Shown piece after piece: positions 23,823 through 37,207 of a DNA stretch of 64,000 nucleotides (the first letter of the stretch is position 1; each line of letters opens with the position of its first letter). Source of the stretch: Camelus dromedarius. Lineage: Eukaryota. Location: NCBI RefSeq assembly GCF_036321535.1, contig NC_087447.1:44950001-45014000 (forward strand), written 5' to 3'. The position numbers and the translations under genes were made by a program. The notes under the pieces are model-generated. The model was not told the DNA's origin and made no database searches. It saw only the letters and a program-made list of their open reading frames with translations.

Positions 23823-26345
23823 TAAATTGGAGCAATCAGTGAGAAATACCTTGTGACCCTGATTTCTTAAAATTATGTATGCATGGAAATAAAGAGACAC
23901 AAAATCCTAATAGCATGTATTTCTTACTGTTGAAAATGTGTTCTTTAAAAATGTTTTTATTGCTGTATTTTTCTCTTTTTTAATTAGTGAATATAATATT
24001 TTAGAATTCATAATGAAAGAACAACTAAATACATCACACAATCACACACACAGATATTTTGCTTTATTTGTAATTGCCCTAGATAAGAGTTTCCAACTTG
24101 TAATCCTAATGGTGGGATATCTGTACCATGGGAATCACTTTCTGGACTTCTCTTATTTGGAGACCTGTTATGGTTGGGGGTTTTAATTTTTCCCAAGTAT
24201 CTAAAGCTTTGTATCATGCTTTCCCTTAGGGATCCATGGTCTCTGGGAGCTCTTAAGCCCTGTTTCACACTGAAGCTTGGGATTCCTGAGGATATGAAAT
24301 TATGTCTGCTTCCTGGGGGGAAGCCTTCTAGACTAAATGCTTGAGATGTAAGGACTATAAGGTGGTACCAGGGCGCTACCCTCGTGTACATTCTCTCTCT
24401 CTGGGATGAGCACCTTTCATATTCCTTCTTGTCTGGAGATACGTGTGGATAAGGAAATGACTTCTAGGCATTTGATTCTGGGCTTATTTTATGACAAAAC
24501 CTAGCCTTGTGCCAGTCTGCCTGTGTCATTACAAGGATCAAGAGCATTGCCGTACAGAGGATGTTGCTTGGTGAATTCTTAGCCTGGGAAAATTTAGGAA
24601 GAACATGATTATATCATCTTCAAAGTGGAGATAGTACTAGTAAGGGATGTGTGCTCTTTTGTGGGCAAGAAAGAAGCTAGATATTCCCAGAATCTCCTTT
24701 AGAGTATAAGAGAGTTCTTCTCTTTCTATTATTCATTTTTATAACTATGTGACATTATGAAAGACACAGAGAATTAGACAATAATAACTCTAAGATGCCT
24801 TAAATCAGGAAAAGATGAATAGGTACTTTCTTTTCCCTTGAAGTCACTAGCCCACCCTTTCCCACTGCCTTTTCTTTCTTCAGTTCAGTTATACAATGTG
24901 CAGTCAGCCAATCTAATTCCAATTTACTTCTTTTTTTTAATCCAGATACTATCTTCATTCGTGGGATAAAACAGGTAGCAGATTTGGCTTATGTACCAAA
25001 ATAGCTCACAAGTCGGTAGAGGGATGTGATAAATACACAAATAGTTCTGGTATAGGTCTCCAGGTTATTATCATCATTATGAAAAAGTGGGGAAAACATG
25101 AGGGTAGCAGAGTGGGAGAAAGGTAACTTTCAAGTAGAGAAACTGATTTGGATTAAGAAAGAAGGGGATATGTTTCATTAGTATCTAGTGTAGAGAGCAC
25201 AAAATTCTTTATTTTTTGGCAAGCTATTGAACATGTTGCATTTTGGTTAGATAAAATAAGTATGATAATATTAAACTGGTATACTCATTATAGGGATTTA
25301 ATTAAGTTCATAAATTAATTAAATAATAAATAAGTAAATATTTAAATAGTTAAACAAGCAAAGAGTACTGCTACTGTTTTTTTTCTGTAGACATGTGGGT
25401 AAATATTTAAGTTGTATGCAAGTTGGCTGTTTATACACAAGGTAAACCTAGAAGAACCAAAGTGGAGGCGCAGAAAAGCCTTATGCTAAATGCCAAAGGG
25501 TACATTGTCTGGCACTTGGTGGATGCTTCGTGGAATTTAAAAAAAAATTAACAAATGAAACTGTTTAATTTAGAGTCCATACACTTGAAATATTCAGTCT
25601 TAGTGATAGCACCATGTGAAACTAAAATTGAATTTAACATTTCAGGAAAAAAATTTTAGAACAACAATAATAAAAGATGAAACAAGTCTCAGAGAATCTA
25701 GAGCTCTCTTTTCTGAATCCAGCTTTTTTTCTGATAGTCCTCTCCAGAGGACCATGGACAGGATTCTTCAGATGCCTGATAGGATCTGATTCCTGTGTCC
25801 CAGAGCCTAAATTCCTCTTTAAAAATGCTGACCTAGGCCATCTTTAGAGAAGCACAACATGAAAGTGAAAAGAAAGTGAAAAAGCAAGCTTTGTTGGCCT
25901 TCCTGGGTCCTAAGCAGTTACCTGATTCATCCTGATTTTTCTGAGGGCTGTGATCAAGTGATATTCTAAAGAAGCCTATTTTCTCTTTAAGAGCCAGAGT
26001 CAACAATGGGCACAGCACAAGCTTTACATCAAATGGCTGCCCAACATGGGATGAGGAAACAGCAGAAGCCGCAGTGATATCCTGCAGGTTTAGACACCTG
26101 GATCAGGTAATAGAACCTACTGTTTTGAAGGAGGGAAGAGAAATTGTGACTGATATGAGGTGGTAAGGTGAAGCACATCTCCATGTGGTATGTGTTTTGT
26201 AGTACAGTGTATTGTTTTGTCTCTTTCATTGAAAAAGGCTCAATGCAAGACTGAAAAAAGACCTGGAGGTGGACTTCTCTTCCTGTGCCTTTGTCGTTGT
26301 ACTCCCAACACTTCTCTATATTCTGTCTCCTTTTTACTTCTCCAG

Positions 26346-26383
26346 AACCACAGGCAAAAATCAAGAAGTAAGAGAGGTTCAGG
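26346..26383 (+). other. Candidate non-coding 5' exon of OR52N5
   Basis: Strong acceptor (tctgtctcctttttacttctccAG) and consensus donor AGG|GTAAGT, 2.2 kb upstream of the coding exon. A further donor CAG|GTAATA lies at 26107. Confidence 0.55.
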
Positions 26384-26944
26384 GTAAGTCTGAATGGTAC
26401 TTGTAACCAGATTACCTTCCCCTTTGAAATAGAAAGTATCAGTCACCCCACACAATCCTCTTATTCTTTACTTGGAAGATGGCTGGAGTACTGGGCAAGG
26501 AGAAGTCATAAGAAGTGGGAGATTTAGATGTCCCAGATTATAAAGATTCCTCAGAGAAAACAAGCAAGCAAAGAAACACAAAAACAAACAAGTGAGAAAT
26601 CACTGACCAATTGCTTGTTCACCTTTATCAAGGATTTGGTTCTGTGAAGCAGATGTAAAGTCTAAGCTAGACAGACCTAGATTTTATTCTGAATTGGTCA
26701 CTAATAGCTTTGGGCAAGCAAATTTAAACATCCTGTACTTGGGCCAAGGAATTAGTGACAGTAGCTTATCCTGGACTCTGAAATGCACCCTCCTCTTTAA
26801 AGGAAGTGACATTTTATCTCTCAGTGGCAAAGGTGTTTTCAAATAAGAGAAATAAATTGAGCAAAACAACATAGGCTTGAAGTTATATGTAGTATTTTGG
26901 GATTTGCAAGTAGTCAGCAAAGTTTAAGCATGAAATGCTAGGAT

Positions 26945-27000
26945 ACAATGACCATGTAATTCATCATCCAGACCAGGACACTTTTGGGTGCTTAGGGAAT
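26945..27000 (+). mobile_element. MER81-like (hAT-Blackjack) fragment
   Basis: tgaccatgtaattcatcatccagaccaggacacttttg resembles the remembered MER81 end. Confidence 0.45.
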
Positions 27001-27399
27001 GGAAAGAAATGACATGGGAAAGAGAAACTAAAAACTAAATTTTACTTTATTTAATGCCATGCCAAGAAATCTGAGCTCTACACTCAAATTGATGAGAAGA
27101 CATTAAAGTAATAGATTAAAATGCCTTCAAAATTATGCCAAAGGACAAATTCAATTTGAAAAATACAAGAGGCAAAACAAAGGAATAGTGCATGTAGGTG
27201 GGTGGTCTTTAAAATACAGTGAGTAGTAATAGAAAGGAAGGGCTGATATTAAAAATACTTCTGGATTGAAAATTTATTCCTTTCCTTGTCTGAGAGGTTG
27301 GAGCACAGGTAATACACATGATGAGGTGACCTGGACAGAGTAAGAACTCAGGTGCCCTGAGAAAATATACCCAAGATGAGGTAGAGGTGCACCTGAGAA

Positions 27400-27760
27400 G
27401 GTCACAGAGACATTGGTAGATCATGTGGTAGGTGATGACACCATTATCTGAAAGACAGAGCTCAGAAATGGAGCTTATTTTGACATGGGATAGAGGTTGA
27501 AGTACTGATTTAGTCTTGGACATGATGGATTTAAACTGTCTGTGGACATTTAAGATGGCAATATCCAGTATGCATTTAGAAGGGAGACTGAACAATTGTG
27601 ACATAGCTTTCTTATAAAATTAATTATCTGAAAATTATCTTCATGTTGGCTATGCTTGAGGTCATGAGAGTGGAAATGTTTCCAAGAGAGACGATAAAGG
27701 GAGAGTCCAAAGAATATGCTTCTCAGGAATTATGTGAAAACAGAAGACATAGAAAGGAAA
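27400..27760 (-). mobile_element. LINE2 fragment
   Basis: gatttagtcttggacatgatggatttaaactgtctgtggacatttaagatggcaatatccagt... Confidence 0.65.
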
Positions 27761-27964
27761 TAGATTACCTTAATGATCTTGAAGGATTATAGGGTATTTG
27801 AGAAAGGGAGATTTTTTCTTTTTCTTTTTCATGGAACAATCAAGTTAGATTGACCCTCGTGGCCACTATCCTTATATCTCATATCCATTTAACATCCACA
27901 CTTGCATTTTGAATTAGTGTATTCAATCCGCCAGATACTAGTCGAGGAGTAAAATACATTTCTG

Positions 27965-28085
27965 ATTATTTTTTCAGAACTCCTTGAGGTAGGTGTCACT
28001 AACCTTGCATTATAGATGGACACTGAAAGTTGAAGAGTGAAGTCATACAATTGGTATAGAAAGAGCTGAAATTTGAATAAGATCT
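27965..28085 (-). mobile_element. MIR SINE fragment
   Basis: aactccttgaggtaggt...ttatagatggacactgaaag...gagctgaaatttgaa (MIR core). Confidence 0.6.
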
Positions 28086-28239
28086 TATTTTGTGTAAATA
28101 ACCATACTTTTGCATTATATTTTGCCACACAAAATTAATGTAATAAATAAATTCTGTGCTATTTCTTTCATACAATTGTAACTTGCTGTCATAAGCTATG
28201 TACTCTGTCAAACCAGGATGCAGAGTAAAGACATTGCAT

Positions 28240-28345
28240 GAATTTTAGAGTCATATATGATTATCATTCCTGTCTCTGAATCTAGCTTTGTGACATTCAA
28301 CATTATTCAGTCTTCCTGTGCCTCAGTTTCTTCTTCTATTTGATG
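28240..28345 (+). mobile_element. MIR SINE fragment
   Basis: tttagagtca...ctagctttgtgac...tgtgcctcagtttcttc. Confidence 0.65.
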
Positions 28346-28620
28346 ACAAAACAAAAACTACAACTTTGTAATTATGGCTTTAAAATTATATTTAGATTGT
28401 TTATAAAATTTAAAAAAAATTACCTATAATATACTATTATTCAATAAGCTGTGCATTTTCCTAGTCTCTATTATTAACAATTGTTGGTTCTATTATAAAT
28501 ATAATTTTATTCCAGATTTAAGCCTGCATTCTCAAGGATGATCTGAATTAAATTTCTATTTTTTTAGTTTCTTCTCAGGATAGAGACTTATGGAGAAATA
28601 GTTTCTCTGTTGAACTAGTT

Positions 28621-29586
28621 ATGCTGGTTTCCAACAATTCATATATGACCCCCAAATCTTTTATTCTTAATGGAATTCCTGGTCTGGAAAGAGCACATAT
28701 ATGGATCTTTCTCCCACTCTGCACAATGTACATCATCTCCCTCGTGGGAAACCTTGGCCTTGTGTACCTCATTCATCATGAGGAGTCCTTACATCGTCCA
28801 ATGTACTTTTTTCTGGCAATACTTTCCCTCATTGACCTCTTTACCTGCACCACTACTCTACTCAATGCCCTCTGCATCTTCTGGTTCAATCTCAAGGAAA
28901 TTAATTTCAATGCTTGCTTAGCCCAGATGTTCTTTGTCGATGGGTTCACAGGTGTGGAGTCTGGTGTGCTCATGCTTATGGCCCTGGACCGCTATGTGGC
29001 CATTTGCTATCCATTACGTTATGCTACCATACTCACTAACCCTATCATTGCCAAAGCTGGGCTTGCCACTTTCCTGAGGGGTGTGTTGCTGATGATTCCT
29101 TCTCCATTTTTGGTCAAGCGTTTGCCCTTCTGCCAAAGCAATATTGTCTCCCATACATATTGTGACCACATGTCAGTGGTGAAGTTATCTTGTGCCAGTA
29201 TCAAGGTCAATGTCATCTATGGTCTGATGGTTGCCCTCCTGATTGGAGTGTTTGACATCTGCTGTATATCTGTGTCTTACACTATGATCCTCCGGGCAGT
29301 GGTTAGCCTCTCATCAGCAGATGCTCGGCAGAAGGCCTTCAGCACCTGCACTGCCCATATATCTGCCATCATTATCACCTATGTTCCAGCATTCTTTACT
29401 TTCTTTTCACATCGTTTCGGAGGACACACCATTCCCACTTCTCTTCACATCATTGTGGCTAATCTTTATCTGCTTCTTCCCCCAACTCTGAATCCCATTG
29501 TTTATGGAGTAAAGACAAAACAGATTCGAGACAATGTCATAAAGCTCTTCCAGGGTGAGAAAGGTGCAAGTATTCAGGACAACTGA
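28621..29586 (+). CDS. OR52N5: Olfactory receptor 52N5 (321 aa)
   Basis: NNS sequon, LHRPMYFF, MALDRYVAICYPLRY, KAFSTCTAH, NPIVYGVKT. PFCQSNI.SHTYCDHMSVVKLSCASIK matches remembered OR52N5. Acceptor ...cttctcAG at 28578. Confidence 0.93.
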   Translation: MLVSNNSYMTPKSFILNGIPGLERAHIWIFLPLCTMYIISLVGNLGLVYLIHHEESLHRPMYFFLAILSLIDLFTCTTTLLNALCIFWFNLKEINFNACLAQMFFVDGFTGVESGVLMLMALDRYVAICYPLRYATILTNPIIAKAGLATFLRGVLLMIPSPFLVKRLPFCQSNIVSHTYCDHMSVVKLSCASIKVNVIYGLMVALLIGVFDICCISVSYTMILRAVVSLSSADARQKAFSTCTAHISAIIITYVPAFFTFFSHRFGGHTIPTSLHIIVANLYLLLPPTLNPIVYGVKTKQIRDNVIKLFQGEKGASIQDN

Positions 29587-30424
29587 AATTAGATAACAGA
29601 AAGATGAATGAAAAACAACAAAGAAGAAACTTATGTATGATATCACACAATCACTCACATGTGATATCATACCTTTTCCACAATTTATTTATGTTTTTTG
29701 CAACTATAGTGGGAAAATGTAGAGAGAATTCTGGATTTATATTCCAGTGCTTTCTGTTATTTTTACTCCATGACCAGTTTTAACCAAGTCATTGATATTG
29801 ACTTGCTACAGATTTCCTCTAATATATCCATGTAAGATATTTTCTTAACCTTTTGAGAGTTCTTAAGAGTCTTGCCTATGTAATCTTTCCCATAGATGAG
29901 AAATGAAATGGCTTTTCAGGATATTTCCCAGGCTTGGCAGTCTTTGATGCCAAAATTCAGTTTATGAACTATGATGATAATATACAGATAAAAATGGAAG
30001 TCATGGATTTTAAAAGAATACCACTCAGTAAACATCGTATTATAAAAAGCGATGCAGACCAATTTACTCAAGAAGTAAAGAATATGTGTAATGTATAGGT
30101 TAGCCCTCAAAAAATAACAAATGCAATAGATGAGTCAAAGCACCTGTGCTGTTTCTGAATATTGATTTATTATTCCTCAGTTATTTACTGATATCAGAGA
30201 TTTTTCACTATTGCATAAAACTACTTATTTAGAATACTCACGGACACCGTGTAAATAATGCTCACAACTACCAGATGTGTGAAAACATTTTGGATATAGT
30301 TTTTCCCTTGTAATCTCTCAGTTCAATAATACCTTCTTCCTGGTTCACTGGTCATCAGTCATCTATCTTGTTCCCTCCACTTTTACCTCTGGAACCTCAA
30401 ATGCGACACATGTTGAAGTGTTTG

Positions 30425-31275
30425 TTATACATGGATCCCTGAGAACTTCAAGACTATTTGGGAGAGTCCATGAAGTCCCAACAATTTTCAGAGTAATATT
30501 AAGGCGTTATTTGCCTTTTTCAGTTTCATACTCTTACTAATATACCAAGGGATTTTCTAGAGTCCATATGGTGTGTGATTACTATTGTAAAAATAAACTA
30601 TGTCAACATTTGAAAGATCTGCATAACTCAGTGAGCCAATATTTCCAATTGACAAATGTTGGATGTTACAGAATGATGCATATGTGAAGATTAATTTCAA
30701 TGCAAGATAGACCAATGGATTTTAATGCAACAGATTATCAACAGTTTTAATGCAACAGATTATCATGTGGTTTCAGGTTTTACATTGCAATTAATCTCTA
30801 AGAGACTATATGCTGTCAATTTTGGTTGCAGTATCAAAGAAGAATATCCACAATTAACCAAAAAATTATGAAAGACTCAACTCCCCCTTCTTCCAACTAT
30901 ATATCTATGTGGGGTCATATTTTCTTCATAAATATTAAATGAAACAACATAGTTCAACAGCTTGCATGCAGAAGCAGATAGAATCTAGGTGTTTTCTATT
31001 AACTCAGACATTAAAATACTCGCAAAATTTAAAATAATGTTACTTCTGACTTTTTTTTGTTTGCTTATGAAAAGTTATTTTTCATAAAAATGTGTATGTA
31101 TGTAAAATAGACATTATAATTTTAAATTAACTAATACTTAAAAATTTTTATTTTAATTTTGAACACAGTCAATATTTGTAGATATGCATCACATAAACAA
31201 AAGCTCTTTAAGATTTAAGTAAATTTAATAGAGTAAATTGGATAGTAAGTCTAACAATTTTGAGAAACATTGATC
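30425..31275 (+). mobile_element. Charlie1-like hAT DNA transposon remnant, with an internal 21-bp tandem duplication (30720-30765)
   Basis: gaaagatctgcataactcagtgagccaatatttcca..., gcagtatcaaagaagaatatccacaatt (hAT dimerisation region), end tttgagaaacattg. Confidence 0.8.
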
Positions 31276-31324
31276 TAATATATTGGGAAAAAATTCTGCA
31301 ATAATATCAACCATTTCCATGAGA

Positions 31325-32750
31325 TCTTTCTTCTACTCCTCTTCTTTAAATTGAGTTATATCTTACAGAGCATACAGTACACAGAGAGTACAGCGCACAA
31401 ATTTTAAGTATACCTGTGTTACCAACACCTAGACCCAAGTTCAGAATATCTCCATCCACCGAGAGGCTTTCACATGGCCCCCAAAGATAACCACAATTTT
31501 TACCTCAGCACCATAGATTTCCTTGTGTCTTTTTAAAAACTTTATTTAATAGAAATTAACACAGGATGCACTTTTATATCTAGCTTCTCTCATTCAGTAG
31601 TAAGTTTGTAAGATTCATATATTGCCTTGTATAGAAGCACTTTATTCTTTTTAATTCCTGTGTAGTATTATGATACTTTATATATGTTTAATAACTATAA
31701 CATAATAAATATACAAATATTATATAATACATATATTTAATTTTATATGATATATATAAAAAATTTATTTATTTATATATAAAGGTCCTAACTATCTACC
31801 TACCTATCTATAATATATATACATTTTTTCATCCTGCCATTGATGGGCCTTGTTTTCAATTTGGGGACATTTTTGGCACTATCTTGAACATTTATATATA
31901 TATCATTTGGTAGATATAAATACTCATATCTTTGGGGAATATTTCTAGAAGTGTAATTTGTGAGTCATAGAATAGTGTATATTTATCTTTAATAAGTACT
32001 GCAAAACAGTTTTCCAAAATTTTTGTGTCAATTTACACCCTCACCAACAATATATGAAAGTTTTAGTTGCTTTACATCATGCTAAAAATTGATATTGTCA
32101 GTTCTTTTAATTTTAAATATTCAGTGTATTTAGTGTTGTCTGCTGGTTTTAATTTGCATTTCCCTATTGACTGATACTATGCAACATTTCATGTGACTGT
32201 TTGCTATTTATTCTCTTTTGTGAAGTGTGTAAGTCTTCTGTCAATTTTTCTATTTTTTCTAATTTTTTGGAGTTTGTATTTCATTTGTTAAATGCAGTCA
32301 CTGAAATTATCTTGCTGTGTCTCTCTTCTCTGTTTCTCTCTCTCTCTTGTTCAGTACAATGTCAAATTTATAGACTTAAAAATTCATGTAAAGTTTTTAA
32401 CTGATACACAGTTTTTATACAAATCCTTTCAATCTTCCCCTTAATACTCTACATGGTAAATTTTTGTTTCCCAAGCCAAGATTATAAATTATTCTCAACT
32501 ACCACTTCTAGTCTTTTAAAACTGAATTGAACTGAATTTCTTCTAATTTTATAAAACTGATATTTTTGAAGTTTTTTTTATAGAATTGCGCTCAGATTTG
32601 TCTGAATATTATTTATGATTAGATTTAGATTGTACACTTTTCAAATATGTATTACCTATTTTGTCATTCTCAGTGCATCACACTAAAGGCATATGCTATT
32701 AGTTTATTATGTTAACATTGATATTTGGTTAAGATTGTCTATGCCTTCCA
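31325..32750 (-). mobile_element. L1MC/MD/ME 3' UTR fragments with an AT-rich low-complexity core (31670-31820)
   Basis: Antisense L1 3' UTR phrases (tagaagtgtaatttgtgagtcatag, ttttaatttgcatttccct). Confidence 0.7.
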
Positions 32751-33399
32751 GGAAAACACTAGAAACACACTTGCAGTCCAATTAAATTGAATTTAGTACT
32801 CGCTGCAAAACTCTGCAAACCATGTAAAACTCTGAGACATCCCAGTAAAAGGGTTTTAAAAGGTGTTTTATTAATGTCTTAAAAATGCAACTAAGGCACT
32901 AACTCACAAATGATATTCTGTAGGCGTTGCGGGGCTGTCCTGCAGTATGGGGTAGGTATCTGAAGTACAGTAATCACACGTTTAGTAATCACAGTGTTTA
33001 TTTATTGACACTATGTACTAATACTTACAGTTTGGATAAAAGGTAACATTATTATCCACATTTTAGTGAAGAATGTCAGAGTTTGACTAATTGCTTTAGT
33101 CATACAGACAATAGGAGGCCAAGTTAGGATGACACTTGGTCTGTTTATCCCAGAGCCAAAGTCTTCAACTGGTACAATATATTTCTTTATCTTAAACAAC
33201 TACTGGTTGTGAAGGAAAAAAATGAACATAAAAATTTATATCGTTCAAATAATAGTTGGAAAATTTTGATTTAATCATCGACTTTCCTCCAAAATACTCC
33301 TAAGAAAAAAATAGAAAATATAGAACTATGAAACATATGAGAATCACATAGGACTTCTAGGAATTATGGATAACAGCATTCATTGCAGTAGGAATTAAC

Positions 33400-33690
33400 A
33401 TAAAATATAACATATAATATAATATAAATAACATATAATTCCTGCTTGATTAATAACAAGATGATATTTATATAAAGTTCAAAAGCAGGAAAAACTAATT
33501 GATGTTGATAGAATTCAAGTGAGTGGTTACTGACTGGGAAGGGGTATGAGTGGAGCAATTCAGCTGGGGAACACATTTCTGTCCTGGTTTGTGTTCTTTT
33601 CATGATAAATAATTCATCAAGCTGTGTAGTCATGAATTGTGTTTTCTTCTGTGTGTTTGTTATACCTCAGTTAAAATATTAATTAAAACA
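33400..33690 (+). mobile_element. L1MC4-like 3' end
   Basis: aagttcaaaagcaggaaaaactaatt...tcatcaagctgt...ttatacctcagttaaaa. Confidence 0.65.
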
Positions 33691-33811
33691 AAGTAGCAAT
33701 GTTTGATTTTTAAGGTAATATAATATTTGTGGCTCAAAAATTTTAGCTGATTGCAGTAATGAGGCAGGCAATGAACTAATTGTGGCATAAATTTACAGTG
33801 AAAACTTATTC

Positions 33812-33992
33812 TTTTATTTGTTCATCTATTTTTATTGAATTATAGTTGATTTTCAATGTTGTGCTAGTTTCAGGTGTACAGCAAAGTGATTCAATTATTC
33901 ATATTACAGATATATTTTTTCAGACTCTTTTCCAACATAAGCTATTACAAGATATTGAATATAGTTCCCTGTGCTATATAGTAGGTCCTTGA
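33812..33992 (-). mobile_element. Cetartiodactyl-type L1 3' end
   Basis: tttattgaattatagttgattttcaatgttgtgctagtttcaggtgtacagcaaagtgattca...atagttccctgtgctatatagtaggtcctt. Confidence 0.85.
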
Positions 33993-34525
33993 CTCTATTA
34001 ATCAAAAATACAATACATTGAAAAGGTGCTTGGCATTACAGAATGTGCTGACTTTACATCTCTGAATATTTTACAGTTTCTATCAAGGAAAGGTTCAAAT
34101 CTAGAGGTGAAGGGAGTCATGTAAATATGCTTATCATACAGTTTTTAAAGGTCATTTTAGAGACATATCTTAGTTTTTTCATCAATGCAGATGAAGGCTT
34201 TATTTCTATTTAATCCAAGTAAGATATATAATTCATCCTTACTATCACAAGAAATACGGATGAATTTTCAATAAGAATGAAGATCTATTGACCCCTAACT
34301 TGTTGCTACTGAATGAATTCAAACCTTTAACAAGAGTTCAAATAAAATGAATACTATTAATGACAAACTTGCCTGAAGAGAATAGCTGAGTTTTATTTTA
34401 TTCTTGAATTAGAAAATGAAACACATTGTAACAGACATACACTACTTTAAGCTTCAGAAATTGATTTTATTGAGTTATATTTTAAATCCTCCTCTTGACT
34501 TCTATTGAGACATCCAGTGTAAGAA

Positions 34526-34526
34526 A

Positions 34527-34567
<41 letters not shown>

Positions 34568-34568
34568 T
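34526..34568. repeat. (TA)n + poly-T microsatellite
   Basis: Seen directly in the sequence. Confidence 0.9.
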
Positions 34569-37207
34569 GTATCCACTACCCTAAGATCCATAGCATGTTA
34601 AAACACAGTAAATTGCTAATAGCAGCCTATGGTTTTGACTTATGGATACAGGCCCTAGCTCATTGTAGTTCCTCTCTCTGAAGTTATACATGATTCTACA
34701 GCTTTATATGAATCAGATGAGATCTAGAAGTAGACTTGAAACTTCTCCAGATGGTCATGTGAGATTCAGTGGATCTCTTAAATATACTCTTGTACGTCTC
34801 AAAATTCTTCCACAGTTCTTGTATCCTCTGGAGAAGCTACATGTCTAAAAACCTCACAATGAGCTAGGTACTATGTTAATTGTGATATAAATTATAAATT
34901 AATGACTGCAATATTTAAAGTGAAGAAAATCTATTAGCTAAATTAAAAGTATTCATTTAGAACTTATAGTACCTACCTGGCATTATGCTAAAATACTATT
35001 GGTAGAGACATGAATAAGTTATTAACATTTTCATGGGATATTTGGTCCGGAGGGGCAGACAGATGGATAACAGGCACATACGCTAAGAGATGAACTGCTG
35101 TATTGTGAGAATTAGGAAGGTTCTCTGATGATGCAAGTGAGAGATCTTCTGGCTTTTATTAGGTCAAGCCTATATCTATCATTTAATTAGTTGATTAACA
35201 AAAACCATAAACTATCACTTGATTAACAACATATTATACTAGCTGTACTCATAATTCCTACTAGTATTGATAACTTTGAATACATTTTAAAAAGTCCAGA
35301 TAGTTGTAATATTAATGAAGGGTTAACTGAAGGAAATCCAATCCTTGCATGCATCTGTGTATTTGCAACTTTACAACTAAAAATTAGGAAGAATGATAGA
35401 GAACTTTAGACCAGGACCACAAAGATGTCAATGTTGTATCCTTACAAAGCTGTTTTTACTGAATCTTCATTTCTTACTATTTCCTTGGTCTTATGAAGTA
35501 CACAAAAGAAACAACTAGAAACGTCAATTATTTTCGTTATGGAAGATGCTGTTGGGAATGCCATAAATTATAACGATGTGTTATATTGATTAAGACTTTT
35601 GTAAAATAACACTTCTCCCAGCTCAGTTTCAGGGGCCTTTTCAGAACAACTGGTTTTGATTCAGCTTTTTATAAAATTTATAATTTTTGAATTCTTCTTT
35701 TTTCGTCACCAAAGTGGTTGAAGGAAAACTTGAATCCCAGTTGTAGCAATTTCAAGAAGCATGGTATGAATTTCTGTTTCTGAGTTTTGTAATTAGATGA
35801 TATTTTCTTGTTCATATTTAGCTTGGCCCTATTTCCACCAATTTCTATTTTTTTTTCCTATTTTATCACCTGCATTTCTGCAATCTATGTCAATTCAGTG
35901 GTTAAGTGAATGACAGGGTAAATAAATAAACAATAGATAGTAAATTAAGAAATATTTGTGTTGGCTCTAAGATGACTTAGAGAAGTCCCCAGATAAAGTC
36001 TGACTGAAGAGAGAGGATGACTTTAAGTAGATGAAGCTTGCTTGAAAAACGCGAGCAGTCTGGGATGGAAGAATAAAAGGCTTAAAAATGACCAAAAATT
36101 ATCTTGAACATGACATAGTCTTTTGGTTATAATCCTTGAAAAACGTTTTAAGAATTGTGTAACTATGATATTGGCAATATGAAAAAAGCCCTGGCACATT
36201 TCATTCATAATGCTGGCTATATATTTTTATACACATTGAAAATTATGAGAGTGTATCCCCACACCAATATACATTACATTGAATGTTTTATTTGTTTCAT
36301 TCATTATTGCCAGTAATATTCCTCCTCTTTCTGGAAACTGCCCTTTCATCCTTTCCCAATTTATCAAAATGGAACCTGAGGGAGTCACCTTACAAAGTAC
36401 ACAAGCCCCAAAGTAGCTTAATAATCCTAGAAGCCCTGAGTTCAAAATAAGAAAATATGAAGATGTTCTAATCATATTTAACTTCTAAGGTTTTACAAAG
36501 ATTAAAGATATCTCTTTCTGTTAATATTCAAGTTTTCTCCTAGACATTTCAAATTGCAATGTTTTGATGGTCCCTTAAAAATGTACTATTCTCATGACTT
36601 TTAATTATTGTTTTGCTGATATCCAAGGACATTATTTCTGCCCTTTATTGAGTGATGCATGGAGGATAAGGTTCTTGGATAATGGTTAATTATTCCAGAA
36701 AGGATTTCCCAAACCAAACCCAGAAAATGAGAATGCTTGCTGAGCATTTGTAACAGAGGAAAACATTATTCCAATTGATTCAGAAATGTTTTGAACTAAT
36801 ATATATAATTGATTTTCACAATCAGTATTTTCTTTCTTGTAAACTAAAAAGTAGATAAATTAAGTAAAAAGAATGCAAGGAGACATATGAAAGATAAGTG
36901 AAACAAAAAGAGAGGTCTGAGGAAATCCAGGTAGCATATGGCACTTACTTTTCCCTTGTATCCCATGACACAATAAACATCATAATGTTACTCTTCTTGA
37001 TGAGGATTCTTGCTTGAAACCAATGATTTCAAATATGCCTGTTACCTGCTTTGCTTTTTTCTTTTTAAGTTTCAGTTGTTGCCACTGACTCATTATAATA
37101 ACTGAAAAGATGTACAGTGCCCCCTTTCCTTAATTCTTCTCCCATTAAGCACTCGTTGGATGTTGCACTGGGTAGCTATCTGGAGAAATTAGAGAAGTGA
37201 GCATCCT

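Noticed and set aside
24180-24420. Cluster of loose O/E-like words about 4.3 kb upstream of OR52N5
   Set aside because: The spacing does not match TCCCNNGGGA well. The location is plausible for a promoter, but the motifs alone cannot support the call.
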